Assembly: GCA_021844945.1 (NCBI GenBank)
Contig: JAKBSJ010000002.1
Location: 108,684-172,683 of the forward strand
Source: Thermoplasmata archaeon
Lineage (GTDB): Archaea; Thermoplasmatota; Thermoplasmata; Lutacidiplasmatales; UBA184
Direction of reading: 5' to 3'
DNA length: 64,000 nt
The notes beneath the pieces were generated by a model, which was not told where the DNA came from, ran no database searches, and was given only the letters and a program-made list of their open reading frames with translations. The position numbers were made by a program, and so were the translations under genes. Within the stretch, counting starts at the first letter, position 1; each line of letters opens with the position of its first letter. Positions 18,353 through 26,571 of the stretch are shown here, piece after piece.

Positions 18353-19308
18353 CCGGGCTCGCTCGTTCTCCTCCCTTCGCGCGCTTTCGCCTCCCGGGAG
18401 CCCACGGAGCGATCGAGCTCTACCGAGAGGATGGGCTCGCTGGCCTTGGTCGTCGCGCGGGACGGAGATCGCTGGACGTCATCGTCACATCTCCCCCGTA
18501 CAACCTGGGCCAGCCGTACACGGCCTACCGGGACCGCAAACCCCGGGGAGAGTACCTCGGCTGGATCCGCGAACTCGCCGGCGCCGTCGACGGGTCGCTC
18601 TCTCCCCGGGGTTCGTTCTTCCTGAACGTCGGCAGCCCTCCCCGAGACCCGTGGCTCGCCTGGGATGTGGCCCGAGAGGTCGGGAAGGCCCTCGTCCTTC
18701 AGAACGTGCTGCATTGGGTGAAGTCGATCGCCATCGAACGACGGTTCGTCGGCCATGGGGCCGGGCTCGATCGGGATGTCGCCGTGGGACACTACCGCCC
18801 GCTGGGCTCCTCACGCTACGTCCACGGCGCCCACGAGTACATCTTTCACTTCACGCGGGACGGGAACGTCCCTATCGACCGCCTCGCCCTGGGGGTCGCC
18901 TATCAGGATCCGTCGAACGAGCGTCGTTGGGGGTCCGGGCGCGGCCGATTAAGGTGCCGGGGGAACACCTGGTTCCTCCCGTATGCCACGATCCAGCGAC
19001 GGAGCCGGGACCGCCCGCACCCGGCCTCGTTCCCGCCCGAGCTCGCGGAATGGTGCGTTCGGCTTCACGGCCGCGCGAGGGTGCGGCGGTGGGCCGATCC
19101 GTTCGTCGGGATCGGTTCGAGCGCGGTAGCGGCGGTCCGGATCGGACGAGCGTTCCTAGGATTCGATATCGACGGGACGTATCTCGCCGTAGCGCGCGAC
19201 CGGGTACGGGCCGCGCTCGAACGCGGAGGGGAAGGGTTCAGTTCTTCCCGCGACCCGGGTCGTTCTCTTCGGGCGGCGGGCTCCACTCGCGTATCGGACG
19301 CTTCTTGA
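18349..19308 (+). CDS. Orphan beta-class DNA methyltransferase (N4-mC/N6-mA)
   Basis: Catalytic TSPPY is N-terminal, followed by HPASFP and the C-terminal SAM motif DPFVGIGS. GTG overlaps the ATPase-2 stop. Confidence 0.88.
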   Translation: MTGLARSPPFARFRLPGAHGAIELYREDGLAGLGRRAGRRSLDVIVTSPPYNLGQPYTAYRDRKPRGEYLGWIRELAGAVDGSLSPRGSFFLNVGSPPRDPWLAWDVAREVGKALVLQNVLHWVKSIAIERRFVGHGAGLDRDVAVGHYRPLGSSRYVHGAHEYIFHFTRDGNVPIDRLALGVAYQDPSNERRWGSGRGRLRCRGNTWFLPYATIQRRSRDRPHPASFPPELAEWCVRLHGRARVRRWADPFVGIGSSAVAAVRIGRAFLGFDIDGTYLAVARDRVRAALERGGEGFSSSRDPGRSLRAAGSTRVSDAS

Positions 19309-19672
19309 CCCCACCGGCGCGAGCGAGCAGGCTCTTCGTTCCTTGCTTCGCGCTGTGGGTCACGCTCGAGATGGCGCCTCGGGCCGCCACCGCCGCGCCG
19401 CGGGTCTTGGATCCGATCGTGAACCCCGCGTCGCTGAGCGTCGATGGCAGCCCTCGCAGCTCGTCCTCGACGTCCATCCGAAGGTGGTTCATTTCGCGGC
19501 GGATGTCGGCCGCGGAGCGCTCGGCCTCCGCGCCCGTCTCGTCGCTCAAGCGGCCGATCCTGCGGTCCAATCGCTCGATCTCGAGCGAGAAGTCGTGGCC
19601 GATTCCCTTGACAGCTTCCTTGATCTGATTGAGGTGAATGCGCAGCTGAGATTGCTCGCGGTTGTCGGGCAT
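19238..19672 (-). CDS. Hypothetical helical (coiled-coil/amphipathic) protein
   Basis: 144-aa ORF with protein-like charged helical periodicity and a TTTATC promoter-like element upstream. Confidence 0.55.
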   Translation of the reverse strand: MPDNREQSQLRIHLNQIKEAVKGIGHDFSLEIERLDRRIGRLSDETGAEAERSAADIRREMNHLRMDVEDELRGLPSTLSDAGFTIGSKTRGAAVAARGAISSVTHSAKQGTKSLLARAGGVKKRPIREWSPPPEENDPGRGKN

Positions 19673-19758
19673 ATCGACTCGTTGTGCTAGGTTCGAGGCC
19701 ACGGATAAAGATTGAGCCGGCTCCGAAACGGATCCGAGGATGCCCAAGAGCTCGGCGA

Positions 19759-21456
19759 TCATCCCCCCATGCGACGGTCGGCGCGCCGGTGGCGGCCGGC
19801 TCCCCCGGGCGATGGGGGCAACGTCGCGGGAACCACTGGAGAGGCGGGGCGGTGCACGACCTCGGTGTCGCGGGTCCAGCGCACCAAGAGCTCGATGCCC
19901 AATCGGGAAGGGTCCGTCACCACGAGCTCGCCTCCGATCGCCCGCGCGATCGCCCGAGCCGCCGTCTCGTACTCGGGGTGCGACGACTTCAGGAGAACCA
20001 TCGAGAAGCGTAACGGTCGTACCTTCGCAAGCTCCCGCGCGCGAGCGAGCGCTTGGCTCATCGCCGACTCTCGTTGGCCGGCTCGGACCGTGCCGTCCGC
20101 ATCGGTGTAGGCCTCGGGAAGCCCATCGGTGATGAGGAAGAACTCTCGCCGGCTGACGGACCGCGCACTCGCGAAGAGGTGGTTCGCGGTCCGGAGGGCC
20201 TCCGCCGTGTTCGTGAAGGCGCCGGGGGAGCAGCTCCAGAGCTCCACGAGGTCCATCACCTGCACGACGTTATCGAACGCGAGGACGTCAATCGCCGCGG
20301 TCGGGTACTTGCGACGCACCGCGACGTAGAGCGCGAGCAGGGCCTTCTTGGCGGCCTCGAGCTTGCCGCCCTCCGCCATGCTGCCCGAGCGGTCGAGGGC
20401 GAGCACGACCTGGACGGTCTCGCTCGTGGCCTCGCGGTAGATGTAGCTCGTGGATTCGTCCAAGTGCTTCTGCCCTACGAGCCGGGCCGCGAGCAACGAA
20501 CTCGGGACGTCGAGGCGGGCAATCTCGTCCGGTTGGCGGAGGCGCGCCTTCTCGTAGATCCCCGTGGCGGCGCCGCCTCGCAGGGCGAAACGGACCTCGG
20601 CCGGGGCCAGGTGCTCCTCCTCCGCGAGCAAGAGCCGGGCGAACCGCTCGACCAGAGCGTAGGTGACCTCGAGGCCGTGCGCGGTGGGCGCCACCATCCC
20701 GCGCTCCCGTAGCTCTCGGTCGATCCGACGGTCCTCGGCCTCTCGGACCTTTCGCTCGACCTCCGCCGAGTTGCGTGCGAGGGCGGCTTGTCTCTCCTCT
20801 TCGAGCTTTCGGCGCTGGGTCTCGGCATCGCGCCGCTTCTGCTCGGCGTGCTTCCGAAGGTCGCTCTCGCTCGCCCGGATCTGTTCGCCCACGCGCTGGG
20901 AGAGTTCCGTCTCTTGCTCCGGCGAGAGCCGGGCGAGCGCCTCCCCGAGCGCCGAGGGTCCCAGGGTCCGACCGTCCAGGGAGAGGGAAACGAGCGGCAC
21001 GCGTCGTCCGGTGTCGGGCTCGGGAGCCGCACCGGTCCGCCGTCGGCCGAAGAGACGCCCGAACACCCGAACGAACCAGGCGCGCAGGCGCTGCCACAGT
21101 GAGGGTCGGGGGGGCTGGTTCCAGGAAGCGGACGGAATCAGGAGGGCCGCGGTGACCTCGGGGGCGAGCTCGGGCAAGGCGAAGGCCGCGCGTCCCCGGG
21201 CCCGGCTCGCGCGCAACTTCTCTTCGAGTTCGGCGAACTCACGGTCGATCTCTTCCTTCGAACGACGCTCGGCGATCGAGAGCTCCTCCAACCGCCGGTC
21301 GTACCCCTCGCTCGACCGCGCGATGTTGCGTTCCGCCTGCCGGCGGATCCGCTCGCGGAGGGTGTTGAGCCGTCGCTCGAGCTCGGCGTCCTCGTGGGAG
21401 CGTTCCCGTATCAGGGCGTACGCGCCTTGGGGGCCGCTCTCGGCAAGGGCCCGCAC
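19759..21456 (-). CDS. VWA-domain protein with N-terminal coiled coil; start uncertain
   Basis: MIDAS motifs DRSGSM, FTNTAEAL and LITDG; lies downstream of an AAA+ ATPase. Confidence 0.85.
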   Translation of the reverse strand: MRALAESGPQGAYALIRERSHEDAELERRLNTLRERIRRQAERNIARSSEGYDRRLEELSIAERRSKEEIDREFAELEEKLRASRARGRAAFALPELAPEVTAALLIPSASWNQPPRPSLWQRLRAWFVRVFGRLFGRRRTGAAPEPDTGRRVPLVSLSLDGRTLGPSALGEALARLSPEQETELSQRVGEQIRASESDLRKHAEQKRRDAETQRRKLEEERQAALARNSAEVERKVREAEDRRIDRELRERGMVAPTAHGLEVTYALVERFARLLLAEEEHLAPAEVRFALRGGAATGIYEKARLRQPDEIARLDVPSSLLAARLVGQKHLDESTSYIYREATSETVQVVLALDRSGSMAEGGKLEAAKKALLALYVAVRRKYPTAAIDVLAFDNVVQVMDLVELWSCSPGAFTNTAEALRTANHLFASARSVSRREFFLITDGLPEAYTDADGTVRAGQRESAMSQALARARELAKVRPLRFSMVLLKSSHPEYETAARAIARAIGGELVVTDPSRLGIELLVRWTRDTEVVHRPASPVVPATLPPSPGGAGRHRRADRRMGG

Positions 21457-21544
21457 GAGAGCGGCCGGATCCAGCGTATCGAGGAGGTCCGTGGAGCGGA
21501 CATCGTCCGGGTACTCCGCACAATTGGGCAGGTGGATCTCGGCG

Positions 21545-23083
21545 CTAGAGGCTGGCGTCGTCGTCCGTGTCCTCCGGGCAGGAGAAGAGCGAGAACTTCT
21601 CGAGCAGGCGGAACTCCTCGAGCGCCGCTGTGCGGTTCCCGAGGTCCGTCGGTGGGTGCTCGGTCGAATCGACCCACGCCGAGAACGCGCGGAACTGCGG
21701 GAACAGCTGGCCCTCGGTGCGCAGTTGGTCGACGAGCTTCGGATCGGTCGCGAGCCGCCGCCCCTCCCCGATCAGGCTCTGCGCGTTCGCGTCGTTCTCC
21801 TTGAGGGGCCCGCGGAAGTAGCGGCACCAATAGACCCCCGCGCTGCGCTTCAATGCCGGGTCGATGTACTGTCCGACGAACTCGGCGACGCGCTTCTCGT
21901 TCTGCTGGAACGACTCGCCGCTGCGGGCCCGGATACGCCCGCGCATCGCGTGGATGAGACCGGATCGCAGGTCGTCCGAGCTCGGAACGATGCGACCCTC
22001 GAGGAGTGCGATGGCGCTGGTGCGCGCAGCGACGTCGATGAGCGTTCGGTTCGAGCCGACCTCCCCGATGTCGGGGTTGTCGTCCGAGTTCCTCAGGCGC
22101 CAGGCCTCGACCACGCGGATTCCCGCGTCCGTGAGGATCTCGGGGACGTATCCCGAAGGGCGGTCCCCTCCTCCGACGGCGACGATGCGCCGGTTGTCCG
22201 CGTGGTGGCGGTTGTAGCCGATGTGCAGGCTCGAGAGGCGGTCGGAGAGCGGGTCGTTGATGTTGTCGAGATCCGAGAGGTTTGACGTGCAGACGGCGAG
22301 GAACTCGGCCGGGAAGCTCTCGCGGGTCTTGGCCGGAGTGACGGTGCCCTCCTGCAGCGCCTGGAGCAGGACGTTCTGCGTGCCGAGCGGAAGCTTCCCG
22401 ATCTCGTCGACGAGTAGCATGCCGCGATTCGCTTGAAGCAGCTTCCCGGGCTCGAGGACGAGCGGGCTCATGGGGTCGCCGATCTCTTCCAGACGTCGGA
22501 GGTTGATGTTGCCCGTGAGGTGGTCGGGGAAGACCTCGGAACTTCCCTGCAGGCGCGCAAAGCCAAAGCCCTCGTGCAGCTGGACGAGCTCCGCGGGCAC
22601 CGTCGCGGCGTCCACGGACCCCGGATCGAAGCGGGTCGCGTCGTGGTCCGGTGCGAACCGGCGACGGCAGATCGGACAGGGCGGGAAACGGTCCGAGGTC
22701 TCCGGGTCGACGAGGCTCAACGGATGGTCGAGGACCGGGCATCCCTGGACGGTCCAGGCATCTTTCGGGAACAGTTCCCAGAGGTCCTTCGCGAGGCTCG
22801 TCTTGCCCGCCCCGGAAGGGCCGAAGAAGAGAACGTGGGCCCCGGAGAGCAGGGCGGCGGTCAGGTCCTCATAGGTCCGAGCCGGAAGGACCGTTCGCGG
22901 GAAGAGTGCGGCGAGCGCCTCGGCCCGAGAGGTCCCGGCCTTCTGCGAGGCGCTGAGCCGCTCGAGGATGCGCGCGCGGAGGCGTTCGGCCGGGCTCCGC
23001 GCGATCTCGCCCGCCGCCTTCAGGTCCCGGGCGCTCGCTCGGGATCCGATGGGCATCGACGACACGCGTGAGGCCGCAGCCAT
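21545..23083 (-). CDS. MoxR/Mg-chelatase-like AAA+ ATPase
   Basis: Walker A GPSGAGKT, Walker B LLVDEIG, GKLLQANRG and TSN motifs; Cys-rich insert CPVLDHP...CPIC. Confidence 0.88.
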   Translation of the reverse strand: MAAASRVSSMPIGSRASARDLKAAGEIARSPAERLRARILERLSASQKAGTSRAEALAALFPRTVLPARTYEDLTAALLSGAHVLFFGPSGAGKTSLAKDLWELFPKDAWTVQGCPVLDHPLSLVDPETSDRFPPCPICRRRFAPDHDATRFDPGSVDAATVPAELVQLHEGFGFARLQGSSEVFPDHLTGNINLRRLEEIGDPMSPLVLEPGKLLQANRGMLLVDEIGKLPLGTQNVLLQALQEGTVTPAKTRESFPAEFLAVCTSNLSDLDNINDPLSDRLSSLHIGYNRHHADNRRIVAVGGGDRPSGYVPEILTDAGIRVVEAWRLRNSDDNPDIGEVGSNRTLIDVAARTSAIALLEGRIVPSSDDLRSGLIHAMRGRIRARSGESFQQNEKRVAEFVGQYIDPALKRSAGVYWCRYFRGPLKENDANAQSLIGEGRRLATDPKLVDQLRTEGQLFPQFRAFSAWVDSTEHPPTDLGNRTAALEEFRLLEKFSLFSCPEDTDDDASL

Positions 23084-23236
23084 GCGCCGCGGAGTTGGGA
23101 TGCGGTTATCTCGTTTGCCGAGGAACGCCCGGGTGGTCCGTTGGACCGTCGCTCACCGAAGGGGTACCGGCCGAAGCCGGGGACCCGCCCGTCGCCAGTA
23201 TTAAGTAGCGCACCCCGCTCGGCCGGCCCCTCGAAA

Positions 23237-23950
23237 ATGCCCGAGAAAGAGTCGTCCTCTCGCAAAGCCGCGGCCGCGCGGACGGTCAAGGACAAGTGGA
23301 GGTCCAAGGTCTGGTACCGCGTACAGGCGCCGGGCCTGTTCCAGCACGCGATCCTCGGGGAGACGCCGGCGAGCGAGCCTGACCAGCTCGTCGGGCGCAC
23401 GCTGGAGACGACGCTCGAGGAGGTTTCGGGCGGAACCGATCTCGCGAAGGCCCACGTCAAGCTCCGCTTCCAAATCACCCAAGTAGGCGCCGATCAGGTC
23501 GCTCAGACTCGGTTCATCGGACACGATCTCACGAACGACTACGTGCGACGCCTTGCCCGTCGCAAGCGGTCGAAGATCGACCTCTCGGTCGAGGTCACGA
23601 CCCGCGATGCGGTCAAGATGGTGCTCAAGCCGGTCGCCGTCGGGGAGCAGCGCCTGCAGTCCCGCCTGCGCGCCGAGCTGCGCCACAAGATCCAGGAGAT
23701 CCTGGTCGAGGAGGCGGCCCAGCGCTCGGCGGTCGAGCTCGTCCGAGAAGTGCTGGGGGGCGAACTCACGAAACTCCTCGCCCACGGCGTTAAGCCGCTC
23801 TATCCCCTCAAGAAGATCGAAATCCGGCGGTCCGACGTGCTCGGGCAGATCGCGGAGGAGCTCCCGCCCTCGGAGGCGCCAGAGGTCGGCACCCCCTCGG
23901 ACGGTGGCGCGCTAGCCATGTCCCCAGATGCCCCGGCCCCGGCGGCATAG
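23237..23950 (+). CDS. rps3ae: 30S ribosomal protein S3Ae
   Basis: KDKWRSKVWY-x-VQAP, GRTLETTL, KLRFQI, DYVRRLARRKRSKID and YPLKKIEIRRS motifs. Confidence 0.95.
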   Translation: MPEKESSSRKAAAARTVKDKWRSKVWYRVQAPGLFQHAILGETPASEPDQLVGRTLETTLEEVSGGTDLAKAHVKLRFQITQVGADQVAQTRFIGHDLTNDYVRRLARRKRSKIDLSVEVTTRDAVKMVLKPVAVGEQRLQSRLRAELRHKIQEILVEEAAQRSAVELVREVLGGELTKLLAHGVKPLYPLKKIEIRRSDVLGQIAEELPPSEAPEVGTPSDGGALAMSPDAPAPAA

Positions 23951-23996
23951 AGACGGGTCGGTGGGCACGATGGCCCGGTCGATCCGTGGGTTTCCT

Positions 23997-24099
23997 GTCG
24001 GAGTGGCTCAGCCTGGTAGAGCACGGGACTCATAGCGCGCTGCGGCCGCGCTCCGCGGGAGAGATCCTGGGGCCGGGGGTTCAAATCCCCCCTCCGACA
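23997..24099 (+). tRNA. tRNA-Met(CAU), elongator type, with 29-nt intron (24035-24063)
   Basis: Acceptor GTCGGAG/CTCCGAC; anticodon CAT at 24031-24033; stem CGGGA/TCCTG; T-arm GGGGG TTCAAAT CCCCC. Confidence 0.9.
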
Positions 24100-24221
24100 C
24101 ATTGGAATCGCGTCGTAGCCCCCGGCGCTCTGGTCTAATATCGAAGTGGGATTCGTTCGACCGCGGCACCGAACCGGGGTGATCAGGTGGATCCGATGGC
24201 AGGGGCTAGGATGCCTGGCTC

Positions 24222-25940
24222 GTGACTCGGACCCGTCGAAGTGACAGGCGGGCCCACGACACCCGCGTCGGCGGTCGGATCTTCTCGCTCGTAGCTATCG
24301 CTGCTGTAGCGCTCACCATCACGAGCGCGATGCTGGCGGTATCCTTTACCGGGACGACCGCATACCACGCGGGCCGACTGCCCGAACTCCGAGCTCATCC
24401 ACCGATTCCGGGGTCGCCGCGAGTGTTTCCCGTCACGTTCAACGCGACGGGCTTGCCGGCCGACTCGACCTGGAGCGTTACACTGGGCAACACGACGGAG
24501 ACCGGCGCGGGGGGAGGCGAAGTCGTGTTCGACGAACCAAACGGCTCGTACTCCTACGAGCTGGCCAGTCCGTCCGGATTTCGGTTGATCTTTCCGGCGG
24601 GCGAGGGAACGGTCCACGTAGACGGGGTGCCGAATTCGGTGATCGGCCCGAGCATCGGCGCGGGGAGGGGTCCGTATGCCGTCGCGTACGACCCGGCCAA
24701 TGGCTACCTCTATGTCACGAACGTCTTCGGCGACAACCTGACGGTGATCGATGCGATAGACCACCGAGTGGTGGTCCCGAGCATCGGGGTCGGGAACGGC
24801 CCGACGGCCGTCGCGTACGACCCGGCAAACGGCTTCCTCTACGTGTCCAACTGGGGCAGTGACAACGTGACGGTGGTCGACGCCGCCACGGACCGGGTGG
24901 TGATCCCGGGCATTGGGGTCGGGAGTGGGCCGGACGACGTTGCGTACGACCCGGCAAACGGGTACCTGTACGTAGCGAACGAGGGCAGCGATACGGTGAC
25001 GGTGATTGACGGCGCGACCGATTCCGTAGCGGCCCTGTCGATCGGTGTCGGTGTCGAGCCGGATTCCGTTACCTACGATGCGGCGAACCACTACCTCTAC
25101 GTCACGAACCTCGCCAGCGACAATGTGACCGTCATCGACGGGACCACCGACACGGTTGTCGTCCCGAGCATCGGCACCGGGAGCAGCCCGTATGCTGCCG
25201 CGTACGACCGGACGAACGGCCACCTCTTTATCGTGAACTACGGCAGTGACAACCTCACCGTGTTGAACGGGACGGGCAACTCGATAGCGGACCCGAGCGT
25301 TGGCGTAGGGAACGGCCCCATCGACGTTGCCTACGACCCGGTGAACGGGTACCTCTACGTCACGAACTATGGTGATCCCATCGATGGGTACCCGGGCGAC
25401 AATGTGACCGTGATCGATGGCACGACGGACCGGGTGGTTGTCCCGGGCATCGTGGTGGGGGTCGGTCCCGCGGAGGCGGCGTACGACGCAGCGAACGGGT
25501 GCCTCTACGTTACGAACCAAGTGAGCGACAACGTGACGGTGATCAATGCAAACGGCCGTCTAGTAAGCTCCTGGGAGGTGGCCTACACGATGACCTTCAC
25601 GGAAACGGGCCTCCCCACTGGAACGCCGTGGTCCGTACAAGCGACGGCGGACGCGGGTCCGAGCTGGTCCGCGAACTCGACGGGAACCACAGCGAGCCTG
25701 GCGCTCCCGGCCGGGACGTATACCTACACGATCTCGGCGGCGGGCTATCGGACGGTGACGGAGTCGGGTCAGATCGTGCCCGGGAACTCCGGTCATACGG
25801 TGGCCGTGGTTCTAACGCCCATGAGCTCTCCTCCCTTCCCCTGGATCGGGGGGATTGTCGGCGCGGCGGTCGTGGTCATGGTCAGCGCTGCGGTCGTCGT
25901 GCTACTCCGCCGGGAACGTAGCCCGCCGAGAAGCGCCTAG
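24222..25940 (+). CDS. YVTN/YncE 7-bladed beta-propeller surface protein
   Basis: N-terminal signal/TM, seven AYDPANGYLYVTN repeats, two FxxTGLP..T.WSV domains and a C-terminal TM anchor. Confidence 0.9.
   Translation: MTRTRRSDRRAHDTRVGGRIFSLVAIAAVALTITSAMLAVSFTGTTAYHAGRLPELRAHPPIPGSPRVFPVTFNATGLPADSTWSVTLGNTTETGAGGGEVVFDEPNGSYSYELASPSGFRLIFPAGEGTVHVDGVPNSVIGPSIGAGRGPYAVAYDPANGYLYVTNVFGDNLTVIDAIDHRVVVPSIGVGNGPTAVAYDPANGFLYVSNWGSDNVTVVDAATDRVVIPGIGVGSGPDDVAYDPANGYLYVANEGSDTVTVIDGATDSVAALSIGVGVEPDSVTYDAANHYLYVTNLASDNVTVIDGTTDTVVVPSIGTGSSPYAAAYDRTNGHLFIVNYGSDNLTVLNGTGNSIADPSVGVGNGPIDVAYDPVNGYLYVTNYGDPIDGYPGDNVTVIDGTTDRVVVPGIVVGVGPAEAAYDAANGCLYVTNQVSDNVTVINANGRLVSSWEVAYTMTFTETGLPTGTPWSVQATADAGPSWSANSTGTTASLALPAGTYTYTISAAGYRTVTESGQIVPGNSGHTVAVVLTPMSSPPFPWIGGIVGAAVVVMVSAAVVVLLRRERSPPRSA
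24680..25550 (+). repeat. Intragenic tandem repeat of 129 bp (43 aa), 7 copies
   Basis: TACGA (YD) anchors at 24687, 24816, 24945, 25074, 25203, 25332 and 25482. Confidence 0.85.
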
Positions 25941-25970
25941 ACAACGACGCAGGTCCGAGACGAACCCAGA

Positions 25971-26120
25971 GTCGAAAATGGGCGGGTCAGCAGTCCCTGG
26001 CACGGATCGGTCTTTGATCTCAAAACCGGGAAGGTTCTCACCCCTCCCGCGCGGAACGACGTCCCTGTCTTCGCCGTCCAGAAAGAAGGGGACATTGTGA
26101 TTCTCACCGGTCGAAAGTGA
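25971..26120 (+). pseudogene. C-terminal fragment of a Rieske [2Fe-2S] ferredoxin
   Basis: VENGRVSSPWHGSVFDLKTGKVLTPPA...VFAV. CPWH is mutated to SPWH; the first CxH motif and a start codon are absent. Confidence 0.65.
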
Positions 26121-26168
26121 CTCCCGCAACCGAGGATCGCTCCATGTCCCTTTGAACCGGTGGCAATC

Positions 26169-26552
26169 ATGACCGTCCAGGCCAAACGGGTCTACGAACC
26201 ACCCTCGTCGTCCGACGGACGGCGATACCTCATCGACCGGCTCTGGCCGCGGGGAGTCAAGAAGGCGGATCTCTCCCTCTCGGAGTGGCTCAAGGACCTC
26301 GCCCCTTCGCCCGAATTGCGCACCTGGTTCGGACACGATCCCCTCAAGTACCCGGTCTTCCGCCAGCGATACCGGGCGGAGCTGGCCCAACATCCGGAGC
26401 TCCTGGATCGATTGGCCCGGGAGTCGCGATCGGGAACGGTCACCCTCCTCTTTGCCGCCCACGACAGCGAGCACTGCAACGCCTCGGTTCTGCGGGAACT
26501 CCTGATCGAGCGGTCTCGAGGGAGATCGAAGGCGGAACGATCCCAAGAGTAG
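26169..26552 (+). CDS. DUF488/YeaO family protein
   Basis: KRVYE...DGRRYLIDRLWPRGVKK...LAPSPELRTWFGHD motif. Confidence 0.9.
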   Translation: MTVQAKRVYEPPSSSDGRRYLIDRLWPRGVKKADLSLSEWLKDLAPSPELRTWFGHDPLKYPVFRQRYRAELAQHPELLDRLARESRSGTVTLLFAAHDSEHCNASVLRELLIERSRGRSKAERSQE

Positions 26553-26571
26553 GCACACCGAAGGAAGCCGT

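Noticed and set aside
24680-25550. Regular repeats considered as a CRISPR array or DGR template/variable pair
   Set aside because: They are in-frame 43-aa propeller blades. There are no unique spacers, no adenine-specific pattern was noticed, and no reverse transcriptase is present.
25938-26120. Stop-codon read-through fusing the YVTN protein to the Rieske fragment
   Set aside because: The fragment lacks half its ligands and follows a normal TM anchor and basic tail; the frame match is probably chance.
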